Positions 45,601-59,600 of a stretch of 64,000 bases of DNA are shown piece after piece (position 1 is the first letter of the stretch; every line of letters begins with the position of its first letter). The position numbers and the translations under genes were made by a program. This DNA is from Azolla caroliniana (taxonomy: Eukaryota > Plantae > Polypodiophyta): NCBI GenBank assembly GCA_043228905.1, contig JBHGNT010000017.1:10416001-10480000 (forward strand), written 5' to 3'. Below the pieces are notes generated by a model. That model did not search any database. It worked only from the letters and a program-made list of their open reading frames with translations, and was not told where the DNA came from.

Positions 45601-48600
45601 TTCATCCTCTCTGCCAGCCCGTTTAGTTCCGGCGTCTTTGGCACAGTAAATTCGAGCCAGATTCCCTTTGAGTGATAGTACTCCTCGAACTGCCCCCGGT
45701 ATTCCCCTCCGTTATCTGCTCGAACCGCCTTCAGCTTCCGACCGATTTCTCTTTCCACTCTCGCGTGGAGCTCTTTGAAGACGGATAACACCTGATCCTT
45801 CATCTTCAACGGTGTGGCCCACAGCTTCCGGCTGTGGTCATCTTCGAAGCTTTCCGGCTCTCCCTCATCAGTGAGCAGCACATGCTCTAAATCCGGAAAT
45901 CTCTGGGGGGCCCTTCTCTCTCTGAGAGGATATCTCCGTCTTTGGCTTTCGGCAACTGGCTCCTCTATTTGTTCTTCATCCGAATCCGATTCGGGATCTT
46001 GGCAGGTTCCAATTTCAGCTTCCTCTACTTCTTCTTCTGCCAGTTCGGTATTCTCACCGTAACCGGCTGGTTCCTCGAGTGTCAACCGGCTCTTAGCCGG
46101 GTGTGTCCGAATCTCATCGGAGTTCATTATCTTCTTCTCTGACTCCCAGTCGGCAAGGGTCTTGTCCTCCATGAAGATAATATCTCGACTCCGGAAAGCC
46201 TTCTTGTCAACCGGATCCCACACTCGGTAGCCGAACTACTCATCGCCGTATCCGAGGAATATGCATGCCTGGGTATTTGGATCCAACTTTCCTCTCCGGA
46301 CCTTCTGTGGTGTGTCTCCATCCAAGGGCATTGAGGGTGATCTGTTTATCACATACGTCGCTGTCGACAGCGCCTCAGGCCAAAACGTCTTGGGTAATTT
46401 TGCATGCGCCAGCATACTCCGGACCCTCTCCATTATGGTCCGGTTCATCCTCTCGGCCAGCTCGTTTAGTTCCGGCGTCTTCGGCACGGTAAATTCGAGC
46501 CGGATTCCCTTTGAGCGACAGTATTCACCTCAAACCGCCCCCGGTATTCACCTCCATTATCTGCTCGAACTGCCTTCAGCTTCCGGACGGTTTCTCTTTC
46601 CACTCTCGCGTGGAGCTCTTTGAACATGGATAACACCTGATCCTTCGTCTTCAACGGTGTGGCCCACAGCTTCCGGCTGTGGTCATCTATGAATGTCACG
46701 AAGTACCGCGATCCGGCATGTGACTTCGTGTCCACTTGACATACATCAGTGTGCACCAACTCTAGTGGTGCATTATGTCTCATCGGTGGCCTCGATCGGA
46801 AGGAGGTCCAGTTTTTTTTACCGACCAGACAATCAATGCACTTCTCCAAGTGCACGCTCTTCACTGGAATGAGGTTGTCGTCTCCAAGCCTCTTCATCCC
46901 CTTCTCGCTCATGTGACACAGCCTCTTGTGCCATAGCTCACCGGCAGTGTCAGATGCCACGTTCACTTCTTCCGAGCATAACCGGGCATTCATCAGGTAC
47001 AGAGTGTTGACCTTCCGGGCCCGAACCACAATCAGGATCCCTTTACTGAACTTCATAACACCATTCCGGATGTTACCCGTGTAGCCTTCATCATCTAGCC
47101 GACCGGCTGATATCAGGTTCAGACGAACCTCCGGAACGTGTCGGACATCCTTCAGCATCAGCTTACATCCGGTTGGCGTTGTCAACCACACGTCTCCTAT
47201 GCTGACAATTCGGCATGTACCTTCATTCCCCATCTGGACACAGCCGTGATCACCGGCTGAGTAGGATGAGAAGCATTTCCGGTCTAGGGTAAGGTGGAAC
47301 GACGCTCCGGAGTCGACCACCCAGGTCATCTCGTCGCCGGCAAGGTTTCACTCACTCTCCTCGGTGATGAGCATCAACTCTTCTTCACTTGCCGCAATTG
47401 CCGTCGTTCCCTTCAAGTCCGGCTCTCTCCAGTCTTTACCGTTCCGGTCTGGTGTCTGCTTCGAATCGGTACCGTTGGTTTCTGTAGAAAGTAACGTGCG
47501 GAAGCAAGTATGAAGACCAAACAGAAGGAAGGAAACTCAGGTTCAATGGAGAGCTTGAGCTTACGCAGTATACTCGGGAGAGACAGAGAGAGAAACACAA
47601 AAAACTATATTCAACAATAATACTCAATCTGTACATAAGACGTGCTCAGTGAGCACTTTTATACAAGTCCTAGAAGGACTGACCGAAGTACTGACAGTAC
47701 TTCAATGCTCATCAAGAGCTCCTACACTAACTCCCAAATATATTCCTCACGGAATATCTTTCCTAACGGCCTCCCGATTTATGCACTCAGCCTAACCGAT
47801 CGGTCCCAACCGATCCGGTCCTCGGCTTCATCAGCCGATCCGGCCGATGTTGAGCTTGTTTCTCAACACGCCCCCTCAAGCTCAACTTGAGGCTCTTCGG
47901 GATCTTCACAGCACCGGTTCCTCCTGGCTTCTCGCCTCGCTCGCGCTCCTCGACCTGTTCGACTCCGCGCGCTTTGACCCTTCTGGTCGGCTTGTCTGCT
48001 CATGTGGCCCTCATCAGCTCTTCTGTTGTTGCGGTGTTGACGCTTCTTCTGCTGCCTTTTCTTCCGCTTGGGCCTCGGTTGATTCAACGTGTCTGAATCA
48101 AACATCCGAACCGACTCGGCTACCTCCGATCGGTCTTCGCTCTCATCCGAGTTGGCTGTCTCCAACTCGTCTTCGGTCTTCTCGCCCTCGATGGCTTCAT
48201 CCTCCTCATGCGTGGTTGGCTTCGGCTCTCTCCTTCGGTTGCTCCCCTTCTGTCCGCTTCCGAACTATTCGGCGGGTCCGCCCTCGGCTTCTTCAACCGA
48301 TCCGAAGTCGAACTTGTCAACCGACTCGGTGTCGCGGTGTCCGCGCTGCTGCTTTGCTTGGTCGTTCGGGACTGTTCTCCCCCTCAAGTTTGGCACGTCG
48401 AGGTGACACAATCCGAGCGCACCTGAGAATTGCCGCAACTTGTCCAGAACAAGAGGCTTGGTTAAGCTGTCGGCAGTCTGCCGATCCGTCGGAACGTACT
48501 GAAGTTCGACTTCACCGGAAAGGACACGCTCACGGACGAAATGGTAGTGCACCTCAATGTGCTTGGTCCGTGCGTGGAAGACTGGGTTCTTCGCGAGTTG

Positions 48601-51600
48601 GATGCTGCTGAGGTTGTCGCAGTAGATCGTCGTTGGATCAGACACCTCCTCTCGCAGGTCCTTAAGTAGCCGCTTCAACCATATGACCTCGCATGTCACG
48701 ACAGCCGCTCCTCGGTACTCGGCTTCGGTGCTTGATAGTGCAACTGTCGGCTGCTTCTTACTACTCCACGCGATCGCGGCACTCCCGAGGGAGAACGCGT
48801 ATCCAGATGTGGATCGGCGATCGGCGGCGTTGCCAGCCCAATCAGCATCGGTGTAGCCGACTAACCGCGTGGCTGCACCGGTCCTATATAGTAGTTCCCA
48901 GTCCTTAGTGCGATTGACATACCGAAGTATGCGTTGCGCACACTGAAGGTGCTCCTCGGTAGGTCGCGCCATGAACTGACTGATCACCCCGACCGGATAA
49001 CTGAGGTCGGGTTAGGTGATGGTCAAGTATATAAGGCTTCTGACAATTTATCGGAACCTCATCGGGTCGCATACCTTTCCCGTATCGGGACGAAGCTTGA
49101 CGGTTCTATCCAGAGGAGTCGAGACGGACTTACAGTCGGCCATCCCGAATTTGAAGAGCATACTCAGCATGTAATGACGTTGGCTTATCAATATGCCTTC
49201 GGGGGTACGGATCACTTCGATCCCGAGGAAGTAATGAAGGTCTCCCAGATCCTTCATGTCGAACGATGCCGCAAGCTGGAGCTTCACGCGGTCGATTTCA
49301 CCTAGGTCGGCGCCGGTGATGACCAAGTCATCGACATATAGTAGAATACTAACCGGGCCGAGTCGACCTTTCCGGATGAACAGGGAAGAATCCGATTTTG
49401 ACGTGACGAAACCCATCCGACGCAGTTGTTGCGTGATCTTCGCGTTCCAGGCATGCAGGGCTTGCTTCAGTCCGTAAAGGGACTTCTTCAGTCGGCATAC
49501 TGCCGAGGAGTTCGTTCCGGAGTGAAATCCGGGGGGTTGTACCATGTACACTTGTTCCTCAAGGTTACCTTGCAGGAACGCATTCTTTACATCCATTTGA
49601 TGTAGGTGCCACCCCTTGGCCGCGGCTACTGCGAGCAAAACACGAACGGTCGTCATTTTCGCGATCGGTGCAAACGTCTCATCGTAGTCGATGCCGTGTT
49701 TCTGCGCGTAGCCCTTTGCCACTAGCCGAGCCTTGTACCGGTTGACCGAGCCATCGGTGTTGTACTTGACCTTGTACACCCACGTACACCCGATCGGTTT
49801 TACCCCCTTCGGTGCGTCAACCATGTCCCAGGTCTCGTTCTCCGCCAATGCTTGCATCTCTTCCTCCATCGCGGCACGCCAATTCGCGTCTTTAGCCGCT
49901 TCTACGTAGCTCTCCGGCTCACGCACTTCCGCTACACGGGTCATGCACGCATAATGATGCGCCATGTACTCGTTGTATCCGAACCGCACAACTGGGTTCT
50001 TCTGGCGGGTAGATCGGCGTAATCTCACATTAGCCGATGTTGAGGCCTTCTCGGTCGACGCGGTCTTCACCTTTAAAGACCCGTCACCGGTTCCCTCGGA
50101 GTTGGACTCGCGTCGGTCTAACTCGTTCCTATCCGTGCCGGAATCCGACACCTTCTTCTTCCCTTTTTCTTTGCGTGTAAGCCGTCTCCTCGGCTTCCTG
50201 CGCGGGGAATGCCCGGCCGAGTCTCCACTACTCGTCGGCTCTTCGTCGGATTGGTCGTACCGACCCAGTCGTCCAATCGGTCCACTTAACCGGAGTGAAA
50301 TCGGACTCTCTTCGCAGGTCTCGATTTCGGGCTCATCCGGAGGCATCTCGGCCTCGCTGACCTCATCGTTAGAGCTCGGATTGGGGGCAGGGTTCGGAGT
50401 CGGGGGCAGGTACCAGGACGCGGACTCGTCAAACACAACGTCGCGGCTGGCACGCGCTTGTTTGGTGCAAGGGTTATAGCACTTATAACCCTTCTGCTCG
50501 TCCGAGTAACTGACCAAGATGCACTTCTCGGCCTTTGCGTCCAGCTTCCTCCTTTTCTCCTTCAGTACATGCACATACGCAATGCTACTGAACACCCTCA
50601 AGTGTCGCAAGTTCGGTTTCGTTCCGAAATATAGCTCGTGCGCAGACACTTTGTCTCCGATCCGGTTTTGGATGTATACCGTGGTCCTTACCGCCTCGGC
50701 CCAATAGAACTTGGGCAAGCTCTTCTCCTCCAGTATTGCCCGTGCCGCTTCCACAATCGACCGATTCTTTCTCTCGGCCACGCCGTTCTACTCCGGCATG
50801 TATCTACAATTGAATTCGCGTCGAATTCCCATTTGTTGTATATAACCGTTGAATTGACTGGAAAAGTACTCTTTTCCACCATCCAACCGCAGGCACTTGA
50901 TCTTTCGTCCCGTTTCGGTTTCCACGAACCCTTTGAGGTCCCGGAAACAGTCGAAGACTTCGCTCTTCCTCTCAATGAGGTAGATCCAAGTGTGTCGCGT
51001 GTGGTCGTCGATGAAGGAGACGAAATATCGGCTCCCGCCAAGACTAACATTTTGTGCCGGCCCCCACACATCGTAGTGTATAAGGTCGAGTTTGTTCCGG
51101 CTCCGGTTTCGCTCGTTGGGGAAGGGAAGTCGGTGTTGCTTCCTGAGCTGGCAGGCTTCACAAATTTGTGCCTTTCGGCCACTAAATTTGGGCAATCCGA
51201 ACACGACCTGTTTCAATTGCAGATCTTGAAGCCGTTGGTGGTTGACGTGGCCTATCCGCTTGTGCCACAAGTCGATGTCCGACTCGGTCTTTTGTCCCTT
51301 CGCGAACATTGCAGTGCCGCCGTTAGTGGAGTCGAGGATGAACATCCTCCTGTCTCTGCGCCCTTGCGCAATCACACGACCTTCTTCCTCAATGAAGCAC
51401 CCGAGGTGTGTAAACCGAACCTCCATCCCTTGGTCGACGATCTGTCTGACCGAGACCAAGTTTTTCGTGATTGTCGGAACGTGCAACACGTTCATGAGTT
51501 TCCCTTTCTGCCCGACATGGCTAAGGGGAACTCCTCCGACATTCGCGATCGGATGCGGAGTGTCGTCTCCTGTTGCGACTACTCCAGGTTGTATCGGTTT

Positions 51601-53964
51601 TTCATGGTACGAGAACCACTCCTTATGGTTTGTCATGTGGTTTGACGCGCCGGAATCTACGTACCACACCTCGTCCGATCTCGGGGTGGTATGCTTCATT
51701 GAGTTTTCTTCATGTCTCGTCACGAAGGCAGTCCCTTCTCCAGTTTTCCAGGAGTCTTTGGCGTAGTGCGATCGCTGCCGATTTCCCTTGTCGGTATGTC
51801 CGGAGCCATTTCCGGAACCGGTTCTCTCGGAATCGGCGCGCTTCTTCCAGCACTCACTTTCCTTGTGGCCTTTCTTGCCACAATACTAGCACTCCGCGAT
51901 GGACTTCCCTTGCCGGCTCTCATCGCTTCGACTCCTCCTGTTTCCGGAGGGTCCGGAGTTGCTGTCGGCATCACTTCGGTGCCTTCTTTCTTGATCTCGT
52001 CGGCCGCCTCCATTGCGTGTCGACTCGCCTCGTCCTCCACGTCCACGGGGCCTATCTCCCTCCGTGTACAACATTCTGCTGTCGGTGTGCGTGCTTGTAG
52101 ACGCACCCGCGTGGTTCTCCTCTACTAGGAGCATCGACTGTAAGTCGAAAAAGGACGACGTATTCTCCCGGGTACACACAACCATTCGGAACGCTCTGAA
52201 CTTCGACGCCAAACCTCCGAGACAGATCTGGACCATCTCGCTCTCCTCGATGTTCACCTCTATGGAGGCGAGGGAGTCGCAGATATCCTTGATCTTCGAG
52301 GTATAGTCCGCCACCGACAAGTCGCGTTGTCGTAGGTTGCTCAACTCCTGTCGGAGCTGAAGCTTCTTGGCTGTGGTGCTCACGGCGAAGATCTTCTTCA
52401 GATTTTCCCACGCACCCTTCGGCGTCTTTGCATCCCGAACATAGCTTAATAGTTGTTCGCCCACACACGACGCGAAGCAGTATAATACCCTGCTCGCCGA
52501 TTGCTGCCACGACGGAAAGTCTCTGTGTGTCGATTCGGGTGCCGCGTCATTAGCTCCTTCAACATAACTCCAGTAGCCGTGCCCGAGCAGGTTCTGGTGC
52601 ATCTTGTAGGACCAAGATGCGTAGTTGGTTCTGTCGAGCTTCTCTGTTGGAAGCGAGCTCGCCATGCCTCTATCCATCGTTCTTCTTGTTCTTCTTCGTC
52701 AAGATGTGTCGGCTGCAGAGAGGTTCTCAACCCTCGCGCTCTGATACCATGTAGAAAGTAACGTGCGGAAGCAAGTATGAAGACCGAACAGAAGGAAGGG
52801 AGGGAATCAAGCAGGAGTAGCGCTAGTACCTTATCGGCGAGAGGTACTTCCAATGATGTTGCTTGGTGGATCAGCCCCTGGAAAGCATTCATGTGCTCCA
52901 CCATGCTGGAGCCATCTTGGTACCGGAGTCTTACTAGCTTCCGAAATACCGAAACCTGATTAACAACATTTTTGTTTTGAAACATAATACCGATCTTCTC
53001 CCAAAGCTCATGCGCCTTGCTCTCTTCATTGAAGTTGTTGTATAGGCTCATGTCGATGAAGCACCGTATGTACGCCGTTGTCTTCATGTGCATCACCTCC
53101 CATATCGTGGCGTCGATTTTGTCCGGTCTCTTGTCCCCGAACTGAACCGGCAACCAAAGATCTTTAACCACGAGCATGTCCCTCATCTTCAACTTCCACA
53201 CCGAATAGTTGGAGCCGGTGAGCTTGAACATGCCCCCAACGATTTGTCCATTTTTTGTGTCGTTTTGCTCTGATTCCACTTTGACAGGAACTACACGCTC
53301 CCTATGAACAACGCTCGGCCACAACTGAGCCTAGAATCAAAACACTGAGAACGGGTAATGAAACGCACGACACAATGGAGAGAAGAGTACACAGGATGTT
53401 AACGTGGAAAACCCAAATTAGGGGAAAAACCCCGGCAACCCACAGACTGCAAACTATCACTATATAAGAATGTACAATAATGGAGCACCGAGGCAATGAC
53501 CTCGAGCTTGCTATCTTCGCCACAGGCGGCGGTTAGAACAGAGATACGAACTCTTCGTCTCTTTCTCTCTCTATCTGTACACTGTTGCGCTCTAATCTTG
53601 CGCCAACAAGAATGACAACAACCCCTCTACTAAGTTTGCCCTAAGTCATATTTATACTAATATGACTTTTCGGATATTTACAAATATAGCCCCGATGGAC
53701 TCTCAGAAACATATTTACGAATATGTCCCTTCATCCGGTGAGTACTCCTCACCGGGCCTGCATCATCCGGCGCTTGCCAGGCACACGTCATCCGGTTCTG
53801 ACCGAGTCTTCCGTTGCCAGGTACTCCACATCTGGTTCTCACGGGGTCTTCACCATCCGGCTCTTGCTGGGTACTCGTCATCTGGTTCTCATCGGGTTCT
53901 CCGTAGTCGGGTACTGGTTATCCGTTTCTTTTTACTTCCATCCGAAGGGACCTGTTTCCTAACA
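42695..53964 (-). mobile_element. Tnt1/Tork-like Ty1/copia element with a nested copia insertion and an internal duplication
   Basis: LTRs 42695-43337 and 53282-53964; perfect TSD GATAG (42690-42694, 53965-53969); PBS TGGAATCAGAGC (minus, one mismatch to iMet); PPT AAGGGGGAGA. Gag 52800-53240; protease, integrase, RT and RNase H at 43348-47480. Confidence 0.95.
47483..52799 (-). mobile_element. Nested Ty1/copia element (C3) with intact 3' LTR and truncated 5' LTR
   Basis: 3' LTR 47483-47868; PPT 47869-47880; PBS ending at 52749; only 50 bp of the 5' LTR remain (52750-52799). Long ORFs 51886-52677, 50788-51723, 49048-50781, 48265-48987. Confidence 0.93.
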
Positions 53965-53969
53965 GATAG

Positions 53970-54378
53970 GACACCATTAGGATTCAAGAGTATATAAATA
54001 GAACCATATCTCTTTATATTTTTTCTATTTGTTAGGAGCACAAAAAGGTTAGGTTGTATAAATTGGATGAATAGATGCGACCAAGTTGTTCAAAAATGTT
54101 TTGGAGAACCGGATCTGGACAGACGGATCCATCAGGTTAGTCAGATAGGTTGATCGTGACACACAGTGTCTTGAAGATTTTCAGTGTGAAACGAAAAAGC
54201 CAAGTCATTTCTTTAAGTTATATTTTTATCATTATACTTTCACATGTAAATTCTCATGCATGAGAGCTTGAATAAGTAACATGGTTATCATGCAACACAT
54301 GTAATGCATGAGCGCCAAATGGCAAACATGCATCTCATGCATGTCTTGCACCCTCACATGCATCATATGCATGGGGGC
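53970..54378 (+). repeat. Continuation of the gypsy family B LTR
   Basis: Follows the GATAG TSD; TATATAAATA and CATGCA repeats parallel the solo LTR at about 7030-7790. Confidence 0.65.
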
Positions 54379-56629
54379 TGTTGAGAGACAAGCTCAACAT
54401 CGGCCGGATCGGCTGAAGAAGCCGAGGACCGGATCGGTTGGGACCGATCGGTTAGGCCGAATGCGTAAACCGATACGCAGACCGGTGCGTAGGTAGGGCC
54501 GGATCGGTGCGTAAACCGGGAGGCCGTTAGGAAAGATATTCCATGAGGAATATATTTGGGAGTTAGTGTAGGAGCTCTTAATGAGCATTGAAGTACTGTT
54601 AGTACTTCGGTCAGTCCTTCTAGGACTTGTATAAAAGTGTTCATTGAACACACATATGTATAGAGCGTGGTGAATAGAGATTGAGTACCCTCTTTGAATA
54701 TAGTTCTTGTTTTTCCTCTCTCTCTCTTACTCTCTCTGTCTCTCCCGCGTATACTGCGTAAGCTCAAGCTCTCCATTAAACCTGTGTTTTCTTCCTTCTG
54801 TTCGGTCTTCATACTTGCTTCCGCACGTTACTTTTTACATGGTATCAGAGCGCGAGGGTTGAGAACCTCTCTGCAGCCGACACAGCTTGACGAAGAAGAA
54901 CAAGAAGAACGATGGATAGAGGCATGGCGAGCTCGCTTCCAACAGAGAAGCTCGACAGAACCAACTACGCGTCCTAGTCCTACAAGATGCACCAGAACTT
55001 GCTCGGGCATGACTACTGGAGTTATGTCGAAGGAGCTAATGACGCGGCACCCGAATCGACACACAGAGACTTTCCGTCGTGGGAGCAATCGGCGAGCAGG
55101 GTATTATACTGCTTCGCGTCCTGTGTGGGAGAACAACTAATGAGCTATGTTCGGGATGCAAAGACGCCGAAGGGTGCGTGGGAAAATCTGAAGAAGATTT
55201 TCGCCGCGAGCACCATAGCCAGGAAGCTTTAGCTCTGACAGGAGTTGAGCAGCCTACGACAACGCGACTTGTCGGTGGCGGACTATACCTCGAAGATCAA
55301 GGATATCTGCGACTCCCTCGCCTCCATAGAGGTGAACATCGAGGAGAGCGAGATGGTCCAGATCTGTCTCAGAGGTTTGGCGTCGAAGTTCGGAGCGTTC
55401 CGAACGGCTGTGTGTACCCGGGAGAATACGCCGTCCTTTTTCGACTTACAGTTGATGCTCCTGGTAGAGGAGAACCACGCGGGTGTGTCGACGAGCAGGC
55501 ACACCGACAGAAAGATGTTGTACATGGAGGGAGAAAGGCCCCGGGGTCGTGGCAGACGAGGCGAGTCCGTACGCAATGGAAGCGGCCGACGAGATCAAGG
55601 AAGAAGGCACCAAAGTGATGCCGACAGCAACTCCGGACCCTCCGGAAACAGGGGGAGTCGAAGCGATGAGAACCGGCAAGGGAAGGCCATCGCCGAGTGC
55701 TGGTACTGTGGCAAGAAAGGCCATAGGGAAAGTGAGTGCTGGAAGAAGCGCGCCAATTCCGAGAGAACCGGTTCCGGAAATGGCTCCGGACATACCGACA
55801 AGGGATATCGGCAACGATCGCACTATGCCGAAGACTCCGGGAGAGCCGGAGAAGGGTCTGCCTTCGCGACAAGACACGAAGCAAACTCAATGAAACGGAC
55901 CACCCCGAGATCGGACGAGGTGTGGTACGTAGACTCCGGCGCGTCAAACCACATGATGAGCCATATGGAGTGGTTCTCGTACCTTGAAAAACTGATACAA
56001 CCTGGAGTAGTCGCAACTGGAGACGACACTCCGCATCCGATCGCGAATGTCGGAGGAGTTCCCCTTAGCCATGTCGGGCAGAAAGGGAAACTCATGAACG
56101 TGCTGCACGTTCCGACAATCACGAAGAACTTGGTCTTGGTTGGACAGATCGTCGACCAAGGGATGGAGATTCGGTTTACACACCTCGGGTGCTTCATTGA
56201 GGAAGAAGGCCGTGTGATTGCGCAAGGGCGCAGAGACGGGAGGATGTTCATCCTCGATTCCACTGACGGTGGCACCACAATGTTCGCGAAGGGACAAAAA
56301 TTCGAGTCGGACATCGACTTGTGGCACAAGCGGATAGGCCACCTCAACTACCAGCGGCTTCAAGATCTACAATCGAAACAGGTAGTGTTCGGATTGCCCA
56401 AATTTAGTGGCCGAAAGGCACAAATTTGTGAAGCCTGCCAGCTCGGGAAGCAACACCGACTTCCTTTCCCCAACGAGCGAAACCGGATTCGGAACAAGCT
56501 CGACCTTATACACTCCGATGTATGGGGGCCGACACAAAACGTTAGGCTTGGCGGGAGCCGATATTTCGTCTCCTTCATTGACAACCACACGCAGCATACG
56601 TGGATCTACCTTATTGAGAGGAAGAGCGA
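54379..56629 (+). mobile_element. 5' half of copia C4 (same family as C3, opposite orientation)
   Basis: LTR 54379-54839, PBS TGGTATCAGAGC 54840-54851; gag, protease and integrase start nearly identical to the reverse complement of 50960-52799. Confidence 0.93.
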
Positions 56630-59600
56630 CGCCGTTCTAGCACGGGAGAAATCTCCCTCCTTCTTCGAGCTCCAATCAATTCTATTGGTCAAAGAAAACC
56701 TCGTGCGTACAAGGAGCAATGAGTCGGAAGGCCACATGCTCTCCACGCACTCTAATGGAGGAAGAGGACGCGGACGAGCGAGAGGCCGATTCGGCCAAGG
56801 ACAAGCCGGACGAGGTTCGACCTACGACAACAACTCCCAATTTTGGCCACAAAACGGAGGCCAACGAGGAACCTTTGCAAGAAGGGGGAGCTTCCACTCT
56901 GGCCCGAGCCGTCAAAACACAACCGAATGCGGATATTGCGGAAAGCTCGGCCACCACGAAGAAGAGTGCCGAAAGAAGATCCGTGAATCGGCTTCCACAA
57001 ACCAACAACTCACGAATTACGCACACAATTCCGACTACGAAGAGTATAGCGGAATGTACGGGAATAACTCCGACTACGAAGATCATGGTGGAATATATGC
57101 ACGCAACTCCGACAGTGGCGGAATGTTCATGAGGAAACATAGAGCAAGCTCTATGTCGGCCTCTACCTCAACTAGTGCCTCCGGTCCGGAAGACGTATGG
57201 TTCGTCGATTCCGGTGCATCAAACCATATGACATTGCATCAAGAATGGTTACGAGAACTTCGAGAGCCGGACCGACCCGGCTATGTCGAAACCGGAGACA
57301 ACACTACTCACCCGATTCGGCACATCGGCATGTTCCGTTCGGAAAAGAAGGTAAGCAAAATTACATTAAAAATGTCTTGCATGTACCGACCATTACGAAG
57401 AATTTGGTCTCCGTCGGCCAAATTGTAGAGCAAGGGATGCAAGTTCGATTTAATCAAGGCAGTTGCTTCATTGAAAAAGAGGGCCGACTCATCGCACGTG
57501 GACGAAGAGAGGGACGAATGTTTATTCTAGACTCACACGAGATGAAATCCGCCATGTTCGCAAAGGGCATGAAAGCCGACTCCGAGATAGAGTTATGGCA
57601 CAAGCGGATTGGCCATATAAATCTCCAAAAGCTCAAAGCAATGAAATCGAAAGGAGTTGACATCGGTCTCCCAACATTCAAAGAGAAGGAGATTGAAGGA
57701 GTATGCAAAGCGTGCCAATTCGGCAAGCAACACTGACACCCATTCTCGAAAGAGCGAAACGTGAGCAAAGTCCCACTCGACGTAGTCCATTCCGACGTAT
57801 GGGGATCGGCGCGGACGGTTATATTCGGCAGATGCCAATATTACGTGCTCTTCATCGACGACTTCTCCAGGCACACTTGGATCTACCCGATGCAGCAAAA
57901 GAGTGAAGTGTTCGGACACTCCAAACTTTCAAGAATGAAGTTGAAAAAGCCACGGGCCGACATGTACGTGGTCTTCGATCGGATGGCGGCAAGGAGTACT
58001 TCTCGGACGACTTCACGGCGTATCTCCGAAAGGAAGGAAGTCGGCGAGAATTCACTTTCTGACACACTCCGCAACAAAACGGGGTAGCCGAGCGCAAAAA
58101 TCGGCACATCCTCGAAGTAGCGCGGCCCATGATGAAACGAGAAGCATATGCCCAAGTCATATTGGGCCGAAGCTGCAAATACGACTGTCTACCTAATGAA
58201 CCGGTGCACAACATCTGGCGTGCACGAGGTCCCTCCGCACGAAAAATACTTCGGAAAGAAGCCAGACTTATCTCACATCCACATATTCGGAGCGATAGCG
58301 TACGTGCACATCCCCGACGAGAAGCGTCAAAAGCTTGACCCGAAGTCGGAGAAATGTATCCTCGTAGGATACTCATTGGAGCAAAAGGGGTACAAGTGCT
58401 ACAACCCCTCAACTCGAAAATCTCGAGTAAGTCGAGACGTCGTTTTCGACGAGTTCGCATCCTGGTACGCACCAAAGACAACTCAAACTCCGACTCCGCT
58501 CGATTTAGAATCCGCCGAACAAGAGATAGAGGATGAAGATCTCCTTACGCACATGTTCGAAGAAAGTCCGATCACGACCCGACTGAGTGGACGACAAGAG
58601 CCTTTGAGCGATCAAAGCACATCATGGCCTAGCCCGAAAATGGACAAAGGCAAGGAGAAAATGGCAGAATACGAAGACGCTCGCTTCGACGATAATGAGT
58701 CGCCTCACTCACTTGACAGTGAGTTCGGCGGATTCGGGGTACCAATCGGAGCTAAGAAAGCCCTCATCTCTGCAAATGAAAAACTCCGCCGATCCACCCG
58801 TGAAAAGAACCCCGTAAGCCGATTCGGCTACAACGATTATATGGCGTACCATTATGCCTTTATGATGAAGGTAGCGACACTACGGGAGCCGGAAACCTTT
58901 TCGGAAGCCGCGAAGGACCCGCGATGGATCGAAGCAATGAACGAGGAGATGTAGGCACTACGGAAGAACGAGACGTGGGATCTCGTTTCCACCTCACCAC
59001 ACAAAAAGGCGATCGGATGCAGATGGATCTACAAGGTGAAGTATAATGCCGATGGCTCCGTAAACCGCTACAAAGCTCAACTCGTAGCGAAAGGATACGC
59101 TCAGACGCATGGCTTCGACTACGAAGAGACCTTTGCCCCAGTGGCAAAGATGACGACGGTGCGGACCGTAATTGTGCTTGCCGCGGTGAAAGGGTGGCAC
59201 CTCCATCAAATGGACGTCAAGAACGTCTTTCTACAAGGAAAATTAGAAGAGGAGGTGAGGTGTACATGATACAACCACCCGGTTTCAACTCGAGCACCCA
59301 TCCGAAAGCTATATGCTGACTCAAGAAGCCACTCTACGGCCTCAAGCAAACACCGCGTGCTCGGCATTCGAAGATAACGCAATATCTTCATCAAATTGGA
59401 TTCCGTATGTCAAAATCGGACAACTCCCTCTACATACGAAGCGATTCCGGAAGTCCAATCGTCATAATCTTATATGTGGATGACCTAGTCATTGGAGGTG
59501 AGCATCTTGTTGAAATCAATAAGGTCAAATCCCTCCTTTCCGACAAGTTCGAGATGACGGACATGAAGGAGCTCCACTACTTCCTCGGCATCGAGGTAAT

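Noticed and set aside
47847-52128. Long + strand ORFs (e.g. 50638-51645, 47847-48611) as antisense genes
   Set aside because: Shadow frames of GC-rich copia pol with no recognisable motifs.
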